The position numbers and the translations under genes were made by a program. From assembly GCA_965248695.1 (NCBI GenBank), contig CBDFKD010000002.1, forward strand, positions 4,064,001 to 4,128,000: 64,000 bases of DNA, read 5' to 3'. The DNA comes from Acidobacteriota bacterium (GTDB lineage: Bacteria; Acidobacteriota; UBA890; WLXD01). The notes below the pieces were generated by a model. That model worked only from the letters and a program-made list of their open reading frames with translations, was not told where the DNA came from and ran no database searches. This document shows, piece by piece, positions 41,587 to 50,434 of the stretch (its first letter is position 1; each line of letters begins with the position of its first letter).

Positions 41587-42555
41587 ATGAGTGAAAGAGC
41601 GATGAACACTTCGTGGTTTTGGCTGAAGACTACCGGGACGGCAATCCTGGCGCTTAGCATCACCGCTTGCGGTGGTGCAGAACAAGCAGCAGAAGATGAA
41701 CTTGCAGAAGCAACATTGGACCCGCCAGATATCGCAACGCTCTCGCCAGAAGCGACCGATGAAGACATCGTGCAGCACATGTTGTGGGTCATGGATAATC
41801 AGACGACCTCGAGCGAGCTAACGGAACATTTCGCTGATCTGGATCGCGTTCGTGCGTACAACATCCAGCGATTGCGCTTGGCGCATCGAGGGCAGACGGA
41901 AGCCAGAGTTGGTTGGAAAATCGGATGGTCGAACCAACCTGATCCGAGCGTCGCCATCGATCCGGCTTTCGGACACATCATGGCGTCGGACGTGCTCAAT
42001 CCTGAACTCGAGGTGTCGCTCGACCGTCTAATCGATGGTAAGACTGCCCTTGAAGCCGAGATCGCGTTTTGGCTGGATAAGGATTTACCGGGTCCTACGG
42101 TGACTCGGGAAGACGTGATTGATGCGACAGTAGAAGTAGCAGGCGCAATCGAGTTAGTCGAACCTCGTGTGGCTGCGTTCGGCAGCGATTCCCTCTATTG
42201 GCCCAACCGTCATAACCATGGCATCGTGGACAACATCTGGCACAGTGGCGTGTTGTTCGGTTCGACGCGTGTCAGCCTCGACGAGATTGATTTTGCGACC
42301 GAGACGGTAACAGTGGCTGTGAATGATGAGCCGATCTTGGAAGGCAGCATGTCGTGGACGATGGGGCGTGATCCTATCGAAGGCGTTGTATGGCTCGCGA
42401 ACGAAATGCTCGAGTACGGTTTTCAGTTGAGTGCGGGTGACTTCGTTATCACGGGCGCCGTGGTCTATAGAGGTTCGGTTCTTCCTGGTGATGAGGCGAC
42501 TCTGACGTACTCGAGTCTTGGCACGATGCGTATGACAATTGCATCTACGCCTTAG
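41587..42555 (+). CDS. 2-keto-4-pentenoate hydratase/FAA-hydrolase family protein with lipoprotein signal
   Basis: Lipobox ITAC; AYNIQ, VGWKIG, LEAEIAF, IVDN, VVWLAN and LSAGDFVITG. Confidence 0.85.
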   Translation: MSERAMNTSWFWLKTTGTAILALSITACGGAEQAAEDELAEATLDPPDIATLSPEATDEDIVQHMLWVMDNQTTSSELTEHFADLDRVRAYNIQRLRLAHRGQTEARVGWKIGWSNQPDPSVAIDPAFGHIMASDVLNPELEVSLDRLIDGKTALEAEIAFWLDKDLPGPTVTREDVIDATVEVAGAIELVEPRVAAFGSDSLYWPNRHNHGIVDNIWHSGVLFGSTRVSLDEIDFATETVTVAVNDEPILEGSMSWTMGRDPIEGVVWLANEMLEYGFQLSAGDFVITGAVVYRGSVLPGDEATLTYSSLGTMRMTIASTP

Positions 42556-42766
42556 GTGCGTGCGTAAAGCCGCATTGAATCCGCCGTAGCCCTCCGCCGC
42601 GAACCGCTTGTGCAGTCGATGCGCCCAATGCGGCAGACGGCCGCTCGAGCGATACGCCTTAGACGGCGTCTAACATCGGCTTAGTGGCCCCAAATGTGGC
42701 CCCATGCCACTGCCGGCCGATGCCTCGAACGGAGTCGGAAGCGTCGTAACCCACTGTTTCGATTGA

Positions 42767-42825
42767 AGTACCGAGGGAGGGACTCGAACCCTCACGCCCT
42801 TGCGGGCACCGGATTTTGAGTCCGG
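42767..42825 (-). pseudogene. 3' part of tRNA-Leu(CAA), anticodon arm to discriminator; att-like, copy 5
   Basis: Minus strand CCGGA-CTCAAAA-TCCGG anticodon arm, long variable arm TGCCCGCAAGGGCG, GAGGGTTCGAGTCCCTC T arm and CCTCGGTA. The D arm and 5' acceptor strand are absent. Confidence 0.9.
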
Positions 42826-42849
42826 ATAGCTTAGCCATAAGTGATGTAT

Positions 42850-42862
42850 TATCAGTTACTTA
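42850..42862 (+). promoter_or_regulatory. IHF-consensus site beside the att-like fragment
   Basis: TATCAGTTACTTA matches WATCARNNNNTTR exactly. Confidence 0.55.
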
Positions 42863-43052
42863 CCGGACTACGATTCGTAACTGTGTAAGTAACTGTGAAA
42901 GTTCGATGGCCTTGATCGTGATTCGTGTCCTCCGTCCGAGCCGCGTGTCGAGCTCTTCATTGGCCCTGCCAGGCAGGCGCGGTTCCCAGCGCTAGAATGA
43001 CCCGGATGCAGAGGCTACGAGAGCCGAGGGACGAGCGGCGGAAGGAGAGAGG

Positions 43053-43541
43053 ATGATCGAGGAAAGGGATGGCTGGTTTGTGAAGAACGTCAAGGACGCG
43101 CCGTGGGAGCAAACCGAGGCGTTCGGAAAGGTCTGTTGGTTCGATACGGAGGATCCGTTCCCGCAAATCGGGATACATATCTTCTTGCTCGAGCCTGGCA
43201 AGCCGAACTGTCGCTACCATAGGGAAGAGGCGCAGGAGGGTTTCCTCGTCCTGGCCGGACGCTGCAAGCTGCTGGTTAATGGCGAGGAACGCTCGCTGGA
43301 AACCTGGGATTTTGTCCATTGCCCGGCCGGAGTGTCCCATGTCTTCGTCGGTGTCGACGGGCTATGTGCTCTCTTGGCGATCGGGCACCGACCCGACAAG
43401 GAGCAGCTGTTCTACCCGGCCAGCGAGTTGGCCCGCCGATACAACGCTGAGACTCCCGAACCCACGGCCGATCCGGAAGTCGCGTACTCGGACACCAGGC
43501 AGCGGTTCAGGATCGATCCGCCGAAGTGGCCGATAGCGTAG
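43053..43541 (+). CDS. Cupin domain protein
   Basis: LLEPG, YHREEAQEGFLVLAG and WDFVHCPAGVSHVF. Confidence 0.85.
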   Translation: MIEERDGWFVKNVKDAPWEQTEAFGKVCWFDTEDPFPQIGIHIFLLEPGKPNCRYHREEAQEGFLVLAGRCKLLVNGEERSLETWDFVHCPAGVSHVFVGVDGLCALLAIGHRPDKEQLFYPASELARRYNAETPEPTADPEVAYSDTRQRFRIDPPKWPIA

Positions 43542-44057
43542 CTTTACTCGATAGGGACAGGACGCGAGGTATACCAGAGCGACGGCATAACACGCCGTCG
43601 TAGCAGACTCGGCGTCGCCCCGCGTCGCTTCTTTGCGCTCTATCTTTAGCGATTTTGGATGCGTTCCTGCTGTTGCTGTGGGACACGGGCCTGCGGGCGA
43701 GCTCGTGAACAACCTCTTCAGGAAGCACAACTAGTTTCCACTGGTTACCCAGTCGATGCGGGAGGAGCAGGATTTCCTCGACGGTCCGAATCGTACCCTG
43801 TCCAAGACGACGATTATCTACACCCCACGTCCTGAACGAAGGCCGAGGTGTGGTCAGCCCGGCCGATGAACTCGAAGACGCTCAGACGCGAGCGCCCCGA
43901 GTTTCCGCCGGGATCCTTAGACGCGGACCTCGCAGCCAGCCGTCCTCGCCATGACCGTTCAATTCCTTTCCACTCAGTAGCTTGGAGCTCTCTTGGCCGT
44001 TGCGTTAGACGCGGGAATCGTCAACCATGGCGGATCGATGAATGCAGTCGAATACTA

Positions 44058-44949
44058 GTTAGGCCGACCCCGGATCAAGCCGACACGAATTGTGACCTCA
44101 CCCGGCACGATTCTTCGAGAAGGTCAAACCATGAGTGACCCCTTTGCTCCACGCGTTGGCGGAGTCCTCAGCGCCGACATCGCCGTTCCCGAACACGAAC
44201 GTGAAGTGCACTTCTACTCGCGTGTACTCAGCACGGGTGAGAGCCCGCTTTGGCGCGAGGATCTAATGAACAACCTCGGCATGCCGATCATCGGATTGGG
44301 CGCGCGTAGCACGGAGCATGAGATGCTCCCTCTCCAATGGATGCCGCACATTCAGGTCGATGATGTCGCAACGAGTGTTGAGCGTGCCCTGGGTCTGGGC
44401 GGGAGCGAGCTCATGCACGGCAAGGACGACGATGGAAAGAGCCAGTGGGCGGTGCTGCTCGATCCCAATGGGGCGGCGTTCGGGATCATTCCAGTCGTTT
44501 CTGCGGACGAAATTTCCGCATCAGACGGCGCCACATCTCGCGACCCGTCGGCGCCTGTGGGATGCGTCGCCTGGCTCGACTTGACGGTATCTGACGCCAC
44601 GGCAACTCGTGAGTTCTACGGACAGGTCGTTGGCTGGTCGGTGCAAGACCTCGAGATGGAGGACGCAAGTGAGCGCTACGCCGACTACAACATGTTCGGT
44701 AGTGATGAAAGACCGGCGGCCGGAATCTGTCATGCGCGCGGAGTAAACCTGGATCTGCCGCCTGTCTGGATGATCTACCTTCCCGTTGGCGACCTCGCCG
44801 AAAGTCTCCGTCGCGTACGAGAGGAAGGAGGTGAGGTCATCAAGGCGACACCGGAGAAGCATGGGAAGCACGCTTATGCGGTTGTTCAGGATCCCGTGGG
44901 AGCATGCCTCGCGCTGGTGCCGGGATAGAGAAAGGTGCAGCGGCCTAAC
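44058..44949 (+). mobile_element. Integron gene-cassette-like unit (degenerate attC)
   Basis: GTTAGGCCG (44058-44066) before and its complement CGGCCTAAC (44941-44949) just after a single ORF. Confidence 0.5.
44131..44928 (+). CDS. VOC/glyoxalase family protein (two domains)
   Basis: WMPHIQVDDV, LDPNGAAFG, WLDLTVSD, WMIYL and QDPVGA. Confidence 0.88.
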   Translation: MSDPFAPRVGGVLSADIAVPEHEREVHFYSRVLSTGESPLWREDLMNNLGMPIIGLGARSTEHEMLPLQWMPHIQVDDVATSVERALGLGGSELMHGKDDDGKSQWAVLLDPNGAAFGIIPVVSADEISASDGATSRDPSAPVGCVAWLDLTVSDATATREFYGQVVGWSVQDLEMEDASERYADYNMFGSDERPAAGICHARGVNLDLPPVWMIYLPVGDLAESLRRVREEGGEVIKATPEKHGKHAYAVVQDPVGACLALVPG

Positions 44950-44974
44950 ACGACGTTGAAGACGGATCGGGCCG

Positions 44975-45580
44975 CAGAACATCAGGCACGGCGCGGGCGA
45001 CAATCAGTTCGGAGTCCGGCGTGGCCCCGTTCGGAAGCTGGCGAAGAGAATCAAGACGAACCACGAGCTGGCCCTGGCTCTCTGGGAGACCGGGAACATC
45101 GACGCCCGTTTCTTGGCGATTCTCCTGATCAAGCCTAAGCACCTGTCAGTAGATGAATTGGATCGGCTCGTGCGGTCCGTCACCTTTGTGGAAGTGGCGG
45201 ACTGGTTCATCTCTTATGTCGTCAAGAAGCGCGCGGACAAGGAGACTCTTCGCCAGACGTGGATGGCCACTGACGATCCCATGGCTGCCCGCGCCGGCTG
45301 GAGCCTCACTACCGAGCGGGTCGTGAAGAGTCCAGAAGGGCTCGACCTCTTCGTGCTTTTGGAACGCATCGAGTCCGAGATGGGCGACGCCGCTCCGGAA
45401 GTGCAATGGACGATGAACTTCGTTCTTGTGGAGATCGGAACCCACTTCCCCGACCACCGCGAGCGGGCCCTTGCTATCGGAGAAAAGTTGGGACTCTATC
45501 GGGACTATCCCGTTTCCAAGGGTTGCACCTCACCCTTCGCCCCGATATGGATCAACGAGATGGTGAGCCGGCAAGGATGA
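44975..45580 (+). pseudogene. DNA alkylation repair protein (AlkD-like), 5'-truncated
   Basis: GAGDNQFGV...LAKRIKTNHELALALWETGNIDAR, RAGW, VQWTMN and KGCTSPFAPIWI. There is an in-frame stop at 44957 and no start before the conserved region. Confidence 0.8.
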
Positions 45581-45739
45581 ATCTGTGTAAGTTGTTGAAA
45601 ACAAAAGTACATTGCGGCCCACGTAATCGTTCACCAAAGCTCGGAAACTCGACAGTGACAATGGCCGCTGGCCTTCTCGAAGGTACTGTGCCGCCGAGAA
45701 TCCCGGGTCATGCGCACGCAACGGAGGTGAGCCCATGCG

Positions 45740-46264
45740 GTGCTCCTGGATAAAGCAGTGCTGCCGGTGATCGCCGCGACCCTGCTGGTGGCTGCGGGCG
45801 CAACCGGCGCTCAGGAAATATCCGCGCTGGAGCAATCGGCGCTGGATCACGTCGAGTCGACGACACAAGCGTACGGGGCTCTGGGAAGCGGGGACGATAA
45901 CGACGTCGACCGCTACCTGGGCCACTATGCCAAGGAACTCACCTGGTGGGGCCCGGAAGGCCGCAGCCTGGGGTCATACCCCGAATCGGGAAATGTAGAC
46001 GCCTGGGATGATTACCACTCCTGGTGGACGCAGTACGTCGAGAACCAGGGTAGCGTGGTGTCGGCGGAAATGACCGACGCCGTGGCGCAGGTGTCCGAGT
46101 CGGGAGACACCGCCATTGTGTCGTACCTGCTGGTAGCCGACTATCGAAGCGCCGACGGGTCCGTCAGCCGATCCACTTTCCAGATGTCGACCAGCATGAT
46201 GATGCAGGACGGCGGCTGGAAGATCGTCCACCTGCACTACCAGAGCGTGCCGCAGGACGAATAG
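45740..46264 (+). CDS. Secreted NTF2/SnoaL-like protein
   Basis: Signal peptide; GDTAIVSY and GGWKIVHLHYQS. Confidence 0.75.
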   Translation: MLLDKAVLPVIAATLLVAAGATGAQEISALEQSALDHVESTTQAYGALGSGDDNDVDRYLGHYAKELTWWGPEGRSLGSYPESGNVDAWDDYHSWWTQYVENQGSVVSAEMTDAVAQVSESGDTAIVSYLLVADYRSADGSVSRSTFQMSTSMMMQDGGWKIVHLHYQSVPQDE

Positions 46265-46509
46265 GGCTGCGGTCGGCGGTCGCAGCGACGCTCGCGGGGG
46301 TTGATCCGATCCGCTGGCTGGCGCCCTCGTCGAGAGACGACGACTCAGGCTCGCACGACGCACCGTCCGGGACGGAATCCGACGAGGCGCCCTCACCGGG
46401 GGCGGATCCTGCAGCAACGCCGGCGCCTGGTGAAGGTTCCTGACGACTCGATTCGTCGGGCTGAAGTGGTGCAAGAAACGGTGCAACGCGCGCGACGGGC
46501 AAGCCGTGC

Positions 46510-46542
46510 TGACCTGACCCCGCTAACCGCGGGGTCAGGTCA
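46510..46542. mobile_element. 33-bp palindrome made of two IS3 right ends
   Basis: TGACCTGACCCCGC-TAACC-GCGGGGTCAGGTCA; both arms match the right end of IS copies A-C. Confidence 0.9.
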
Positions 46543-47391
46543 GAGCTACAGCGGCTGCGCCGCACCTACGGCAGCGAACGTCTACGGTTCAATACCATCA
46601 TGATTCACTTGGACGGCACCAATGAGATTCGTACCGGCGCGGTGCTCGAGCCGTACAGCGATGACCCGGGCAACCGGGGCACGACCCTGCTCGACACCGG
46701 ACAGCTGCGTGACTTCATCGTGCAGCTTCACGAAGCCAGGATCGATCTGCACATGCACATCGTGGGCGACCGGGGCGTACGCATCGCCCTGGATGCGGTG
46801 GAAGCAGCGCGCAGGTCGGTCGACGGCGAACTGTATCCACGCGTCACCCTGTGTGAGCTGGACATCATCGATACGGCTGACTACCCGCGTTTCAAACAGC
46901 TGGGTGTCATTGCCAACTACACGCCCCAGTGGCACGGCCTGGGCGACCGACTGCCGTTGACCGCCGCTACCCTTGGCCCCCGCTTCGAAAGAATGGTGCT
47001 GGTGCAGCCGTTACTGGATGACGGCGCGGTGGTGGCCTTCGCCAGCGGCGTGAACTCGTTCAGGGCAATGGAGCGGGCCAACCCTTATCTGGGGATGCAG
47101 ATCGGCCACAACCGCCAATACCATCAACAAGGTGAGGCGGCGCCGATAGGGCTGCCGATGACCGAACGCCTGGACCTGGAGGATCTAGTCAAGGGATATA
47201 CGTTGAACGGCGCCTACCAGCTCCGCATGGACGACCAGCTCGGCTCCATCGAGGTAGGCAAGCTCGCCGACCTGGTCGTGCTCGATCGCAACCTGTTCGA
47301 AATCGATCGGTACGAGATCCACGAGGTTCGACCCGAAGCGGTCATCATGGAAGGCGAGATCATCAGGGGAAGCTTAGACGCGTCGAGATGA
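46543..47391 (+). pseudogene. 5'-truncated paralog of the 13508-15289 amidohydrolase
   Basis: Starts mid-gene (ELQRLRRTYG) right at the palindrome and is colinear with the C-terminal half of the intact gene. Confidence 0.88.
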
Positions 47392-47529
47392 GACGACCCC
47401 AGCTCAGCACCTGGTTGATGGCACGAACGTGACAGGCAGGATGATCGTCGCCCAACTTCCACCGGGACGCCGACGAGTCACCGGTAGCCGGCGCCGTCGC
47501 CGTGCTGATTCGCTTCGCGAATCGGTCGT

Positions 47530-48933
47530 GAGATATAACCGGAAGTTGTGGATGGGAGGAAAAAGAAAGGCGGCGTAACCTTCGCTGGGATCATCAACAA
47601 CCAGCAGCCGGCTGTGGAGGCCGGGAAGGAGACGCCACTCGTGCTCAAGATTATCGGTGGATCGGACGCGGAGGAAGGACAGCTGACACTGGACGTCGAT
47701 GAGCTCGCCCGGCAGGGCGCGCTGCAGATGCTGGCAACAGCACTGGAGTGGGAGGTTCAGGAGTATATCCAGAGCCACGCCGGGCAACTGGATGAAGCCG
47801 GCCGTCGGCAAGTGGTACGCAACGGTCGGGCTCGCGCACGCAAGATCACGTTGGGGTGCGGGACGGTGCAAGTAGCCGCGCCACGGGTCAACGACAAGCG
47901 GCTCGACGAGCAGGGACTGAGGCAGCGGTTCAGCAGTCGGATCCTGCCGCCCTACATGCGGCGCTCGCCGAAGGTGGCGGAGGTGCTGCCGGTGCTGTAC
48001 CTGCGGGGCCTGTCGACGGGCGACTTCAAGGAGGCGCTGCCGATCTTACTGGGACAGGAAGCCAGCGGGCTGTCGGCATCGGCGATCTGCCGGCTGACGA
48101 ACGCCTGGAGCACGGAGTACGAGGCATTCCGGAAGCTGGATCTGTCCACCAAGCAGTACGTATACGTGTGGGCGGACGGTGTGCACTTCAACATTCGACT
48201 CGAGGATGATCGGCTGTGCACGCTGGTGATCCTGGGCGTTTTGCCGGACGGAACCAAGGAGCTCATCGCGGTCGAGGACGGGTATCGAGAGAGCACCGAG
48301 AGCTGGGCGTTCGTGCTCCGGGAGCTGAAGCGTCGAGGCATGCGGGCGCCGCTCGTGGCAGTGGGTGATGGGGCGCTGGGGTTCTGGGCGGCGGTGCGGG
48401 ATGTATGGCCCCAGACTCGAGAGCAACGATGCTGGGTGCATCGGCTTGGCAACGTGCTCGACAAGCTACCGAGGCGGCTGCAGGCCAAAGCCAAGCGCGC
48501 GCTGCACGAGATCATCGGTGCGCCAACGCGCGAGGATGCTCAGGAGGGCATGGCGCGGTTCGCAGCCGACTACGGCGCCAAGTACTCCAAGGCCGTGGCG
48601 TCGTTGCAACGCGACTCCGACAAGCTGCTGACGTTCTACGACTTCCCCGCCGACCACTGGGTTCATCTGCGCACGGCCAACCCGATCGAGTCGGCGTTCG
48701 CCACCGTACGCCTGAGACAACGCGTCACCAAGGGCGCCGGCTCACGCACCAAGGCGCTGACGATGGCATTCAAGCTCCTGGAGATGGCACAGCAACGATG
48801 GCGCCGCATCAACGCTCCTCACCTCACTGCCCTCGTACTCGAGGGCGCCACATTCGTCGATGGAGTTCACCTGATCGCTAGCGAAGACGCCGCCTGAACA
48901 AATCCACCGATCCACAACATTTGCAAATAACTC
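47530..48933 (+). mobile_element. IS256-family insertion sequence (second type), no target duplication seen
   Basis: Imperfect IRs GAGATATAACCGGAAGTTGTGGAT / ATCCACAACATTTGCAAATAACTC around a transposase. Confidence 0.85.
47641..48897 (+). CDS. IS256-family transposase
   Basis: VVRNG, LYLRGLSTGDF, VWADG, VGDGALGFW, QRCWVH and RTANPIES. GTG start at 47641 chosen; the ORF extends to 47548. Confidence 0.93.
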   Translation: MLKIIGGSDAEEGQLTLDVDELARQGALQMLATALEWEVQEYIQSHAGQLDEAGRRQVVRNGRARARKITLGCGTVQVAAPRVNDKRLDEQGLRQRFSSRILPPYMRRSPKVAEVLPVLYLRGLSTGDFKEALPILLGQEASGLSASAICRLTNAWSTEYEAFRKLDLSTKQYVYVWADGVHFNIRLEDDRLCTLVILGVLPDGTKELIAVEDGYRESTESWAFVLRELKRRGMRAPLVAVGDGALGFWAAVRDVWPQTREQRCWVHRLGNVLDKLPRRLQAKAKRALHEIIGAPTREDAQEGMARFAADYGAKYSKAVASLQRDSDKLLTFYDFPADHWVHLRTANPIESAFATVRLRQRVTKGAGSRTKALTMAFKLLEMAQQRWRRINAPHLTALVLEGATFVDGVHLIASEDAA

Positions 48934-49018
48934 GCCGTCGAACCCGGCACGCCTTTACAGCCCGATCGACTCAACCCTATGGTTGCAGGCGGTCGTAGGG
49001 CGAGCGTGAGCACCGACG

Positions 49019-49610
49019 ATGGGACACCCAACCAAACTCGAGAGGCTGTCAGACACGGAGCTCGTGGTGCGTGCAAGCAACGGTGACGATCAGGCGCTGG
49101 CCCGCGTCTACGACCTGTACGGCGCCAGCGCGTACTCGATCGCATTCAGCATCCTGCCGCGACCACCAGGATGCGGAGGACGCGGTGGCCCGCGCTTTCG
49201 CTCAGGTCTGGAAGCAATCGGAGCGCTTCGAGCCGGCTCGCAGCAGCGTCGCCGCGTGGTTGCACACGATTGTTCGTAGCCGCGCGCTGGATCTGCACCG
49301 TGCGCGTCGGCGACGGCTACGTGCCGTCGAGGCTGCCGGTGCCGCTCCCGATCCCATGGGCTGGTCGCCGGCGGGGCCGGAGGAACACGTGGCGCACGCC
49401 GAGCAACGGGAGCTGGTCAGCCTGTCGCTGTCCGAGCTGTCGTCCGAGCAGCGTGAGGCGGTGGTCATGGCCTACTACTGCGGTATGACGCAGAGCGAGA
49501 TCGCGGCGCAGATCGGAGAGCCGCTCGGTACAGTGAAATCGCGCCTGCGCGCGGCAATGCAGAAACTGCGTGTGTCGCTGAGCGGGCTCCAACGGCAGGT
49601 GGAGCGATGA
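49019..49610 (+). CDS. ECF RNA polymerase sigma factor (SigK-like) with an apparent +1 frameshift near 49157
   Basis: SDTELV..GD..AL..YD joins DAEDAV...WL..I.RSRALD...MTQSEIA...PLGTVKSRLR if one C is removed. Confidence 0.85.
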
Positions 49611-50401
49611 GCGAGCGCCACGAATGGCTGGATTCGGCGGCGGCGTATGCGCTCGACGCGCTGGACGGGAACGAGCGGTCGACGTTCGAGGAACACCTGG
49701 CCGGTTGTGCGGTCTGCCAGGGTGAGGTGGCCGAGCTGCGGGCCACTGCCGGGTCGCTGGCATTCGCGGCTCCCGAGATTCGGCCGGATCCACGGCTTCG
49801 TCAGCGCATTCTGGATGAGGCCGTAGAGGCACGGTCATCCGTTGTTCAAGCCGACGGAATCGCGCCAGCGGCCGAACGGGGAATGTCGCGTTGGCTGCTT
49901 GCTGCCGCCTCTGTGGCCGCCGTGGCCGCTGGCGCCGGCTACTGGTTCGAGCGCCAGGCCCGCCTCGAGCTCGGATCGGTGCTCGACAGCGCTAGGCGGC
50001 AGCTGACGGAGAGCCAGCTCGAGATCGGCCGCCAGCAAGCGCTCCTCGACGTCCTGGTGGACGCCGATATCGTCACCGCCACGTTGAGTGCCACCGATGC
50101 GGCCCCATCCGCAAGGCTCTACTGGAATCGCCGCCAGGGGGTCGCGATGCTGACCGCGTTCAACCTGGCCGCCGCCCCGGACGGACGCACATACCAGCTG
50201 TGGGGCATCGATACCGTGGCTGGAACGGCCCCCGTCAGCCTGGGAACCTTCGATCCCGACGCGGCGCAGCGCGCTGCGCTCACGGTCGCCATGCCGGCCG
50301 GAGCGGCCTTCGACCTCGCTGCCGTAACCGAAGAGCCGGCGGGGGGCTCAGCACAGCCCACGACGACGCCGTTCCTCGTGGGTGGTTTCGCCGGCAACTA
50401 G
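49607..50401 (+). CDS. Anti-sigma factor (zinc finger plus RskA-like)
   Basis: AYALDAL, HLAGCAVC (ZAS motif), TM helix, YQLW and AVTEEPAGGS..PT. Confidence 0.88.
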   Translation: MSERHEWLDSAAAYALDALDGNERSTFEEHLAGCAVCQGEVAELRATAGSLAFAAPEIRPDPRLRQRILDEAVEARSSVVQADGIAPAAERGMSRWLLAAASVAAVAAGAGYWFERQARLELGSVLDSARRQLTESQLEIGRQQALLDVLVDADIVTATLSATDAAPSARLYWNRRQGVAMLTAFNLAAAPDGRTYQLWGIDTVAGTAPVSLGTFDPDAAQRAALTVAMPAGAAFDLAAVTEEPAGGSAQPTTTPFLVGGFAGN

Positions 50402-50434
50402 TGCGGTCGTCGTACGGTTTTCCGGTGCACGAAC

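Noticed and set aside
24342-42674. GTTAGACGCC (24342) and GGCGTCTAAC (42665) as ends of one giant cassette
   Set aside because: They are 18 kb apart with many unrelated genes between, and a single 10-bp match is weak.
13202-42825. CRISPR array or cas genes
   Set aside because: The repeats are tRNA-derived and mostly kilobases apart; there is no regular repeat-spacer period and no cas-like ORF was recognised.
42767-42860. Intact functional tRNA-Leu
   Set aside because: Sequence beyond the anticodon stem cannot form a D arm or the 5' acceptor strand complementary to CCTCGGT.
43690-43750. Minus-strand WKLVVLPEEVVHELAR resembling a YgjP/M48 metalloprotease remnant
   Set aside because: HExxH is incomplete and there is no credible surrounding ORF; it cannot be supported without a search.
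44093-44126. TGACCT...AGGTCA as another micro-IS
   Set aside because: Only a 6-bp inverted repeat, and the right arm overlaps the VOC gene's ribosome-binding site; chance is plausible.
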